Assembly (NCBI GenBank): GCA_002269645.1
Contig: NIVC01004831.1
Location: 1-33,968, forward strand
Direction of reading: 5' to 3'
DNA length: 33,968 nucleotides
Source: Macrostomum lignano
Lineage: Eukaryota
Shown here piece after piece: positions 33,729 to 33,968 of this stretch. The notes under the pieces are model-generated. The model did no database searches. It saw only the letters and a list, made by a program, of their open reading frames with translations, and was not told the DNA's origin. Each line of letters starts with the position of its first letter. Position 1 is the first letter of the stretch. A program made the translations under genes and the position numbers.

Positions 33729-33858
33729 GTGAGATCCCAGACTAAAAGTTAAATAACAAATTTCTTACTTCAGTAGAGTAAAAAAATACTCCATTCCGTG
33801 ACTGTCTAACAAATGAATTAACTTGCTAATTCCTGTCTTGACTGCTTTCCACTTTACT

Positions 33859-33968
33859 CAGCATGTCAGAACAGTTCCCTCAGCATGTCAGAACAGTTCC
33901 CTCAGCATGTCAGAACAGTTCCCTCAGCATGTCAGAACAGTTCCCTCAGCATATCATAACAGTTCCTC
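33859..33968. repeat. 22-bp minisatellite (CAGCATGTCAGAACAGTTCCCT) in intron 2 of the secreted-protein gene, running to the window end
   Basis: Period 22 (33859 to 33881); about 5 copies visible. Confidence 0.9.

Overview
Eukaryotic (metazoan) genomic DNA, not prokaryotic. A flatworm-like host is a low-confidence inference from gene style and the LAP subtype. By manual splicing I reconstruct four intron-containing genes: (1) RAPTOR/RPTOR on the minus strand, at least 8 exons, 10207 to beyond base 1, with apparent frameshifts in exon 7; (2) an N4BP2/NONU-1-like P-loop kinase-CUE-Smr nuclease on the minus strand, 5 exons, 16518-12406, with an in-frame TAA at codon 3; (3) an M17 leucyl aminopeptidase on the plus strand, 6 exons, 22633-29267, about 540 aa; (4) the first two exons of an unidentified secreted protein (plus, from 33500). 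The dominant feature is that about one third of the window is minisatellite. 13 of the 18 predicted introns each carry their own unrelated 13-40 bp tandem array, which inflates an otherwise near-minimal intron, and several units look like amplified splice signals or hairpins. Non-autonomous DNA transposons are also present: two same-family hAT elements with 8-bp TSDs bracketing N4BP2 (one has grown an internal satellite from its own subterminal motif), a second hAT MITE, a long-TIR foldback element, a piggyBac-like relic, and a Harbinger transposase remnant whose coding sequence appears to have seeded a minisatellite. Most long ORFs in the supplied track that overlap arrays are artefacts. All gene models are by-eye predictions without database or RNA support.
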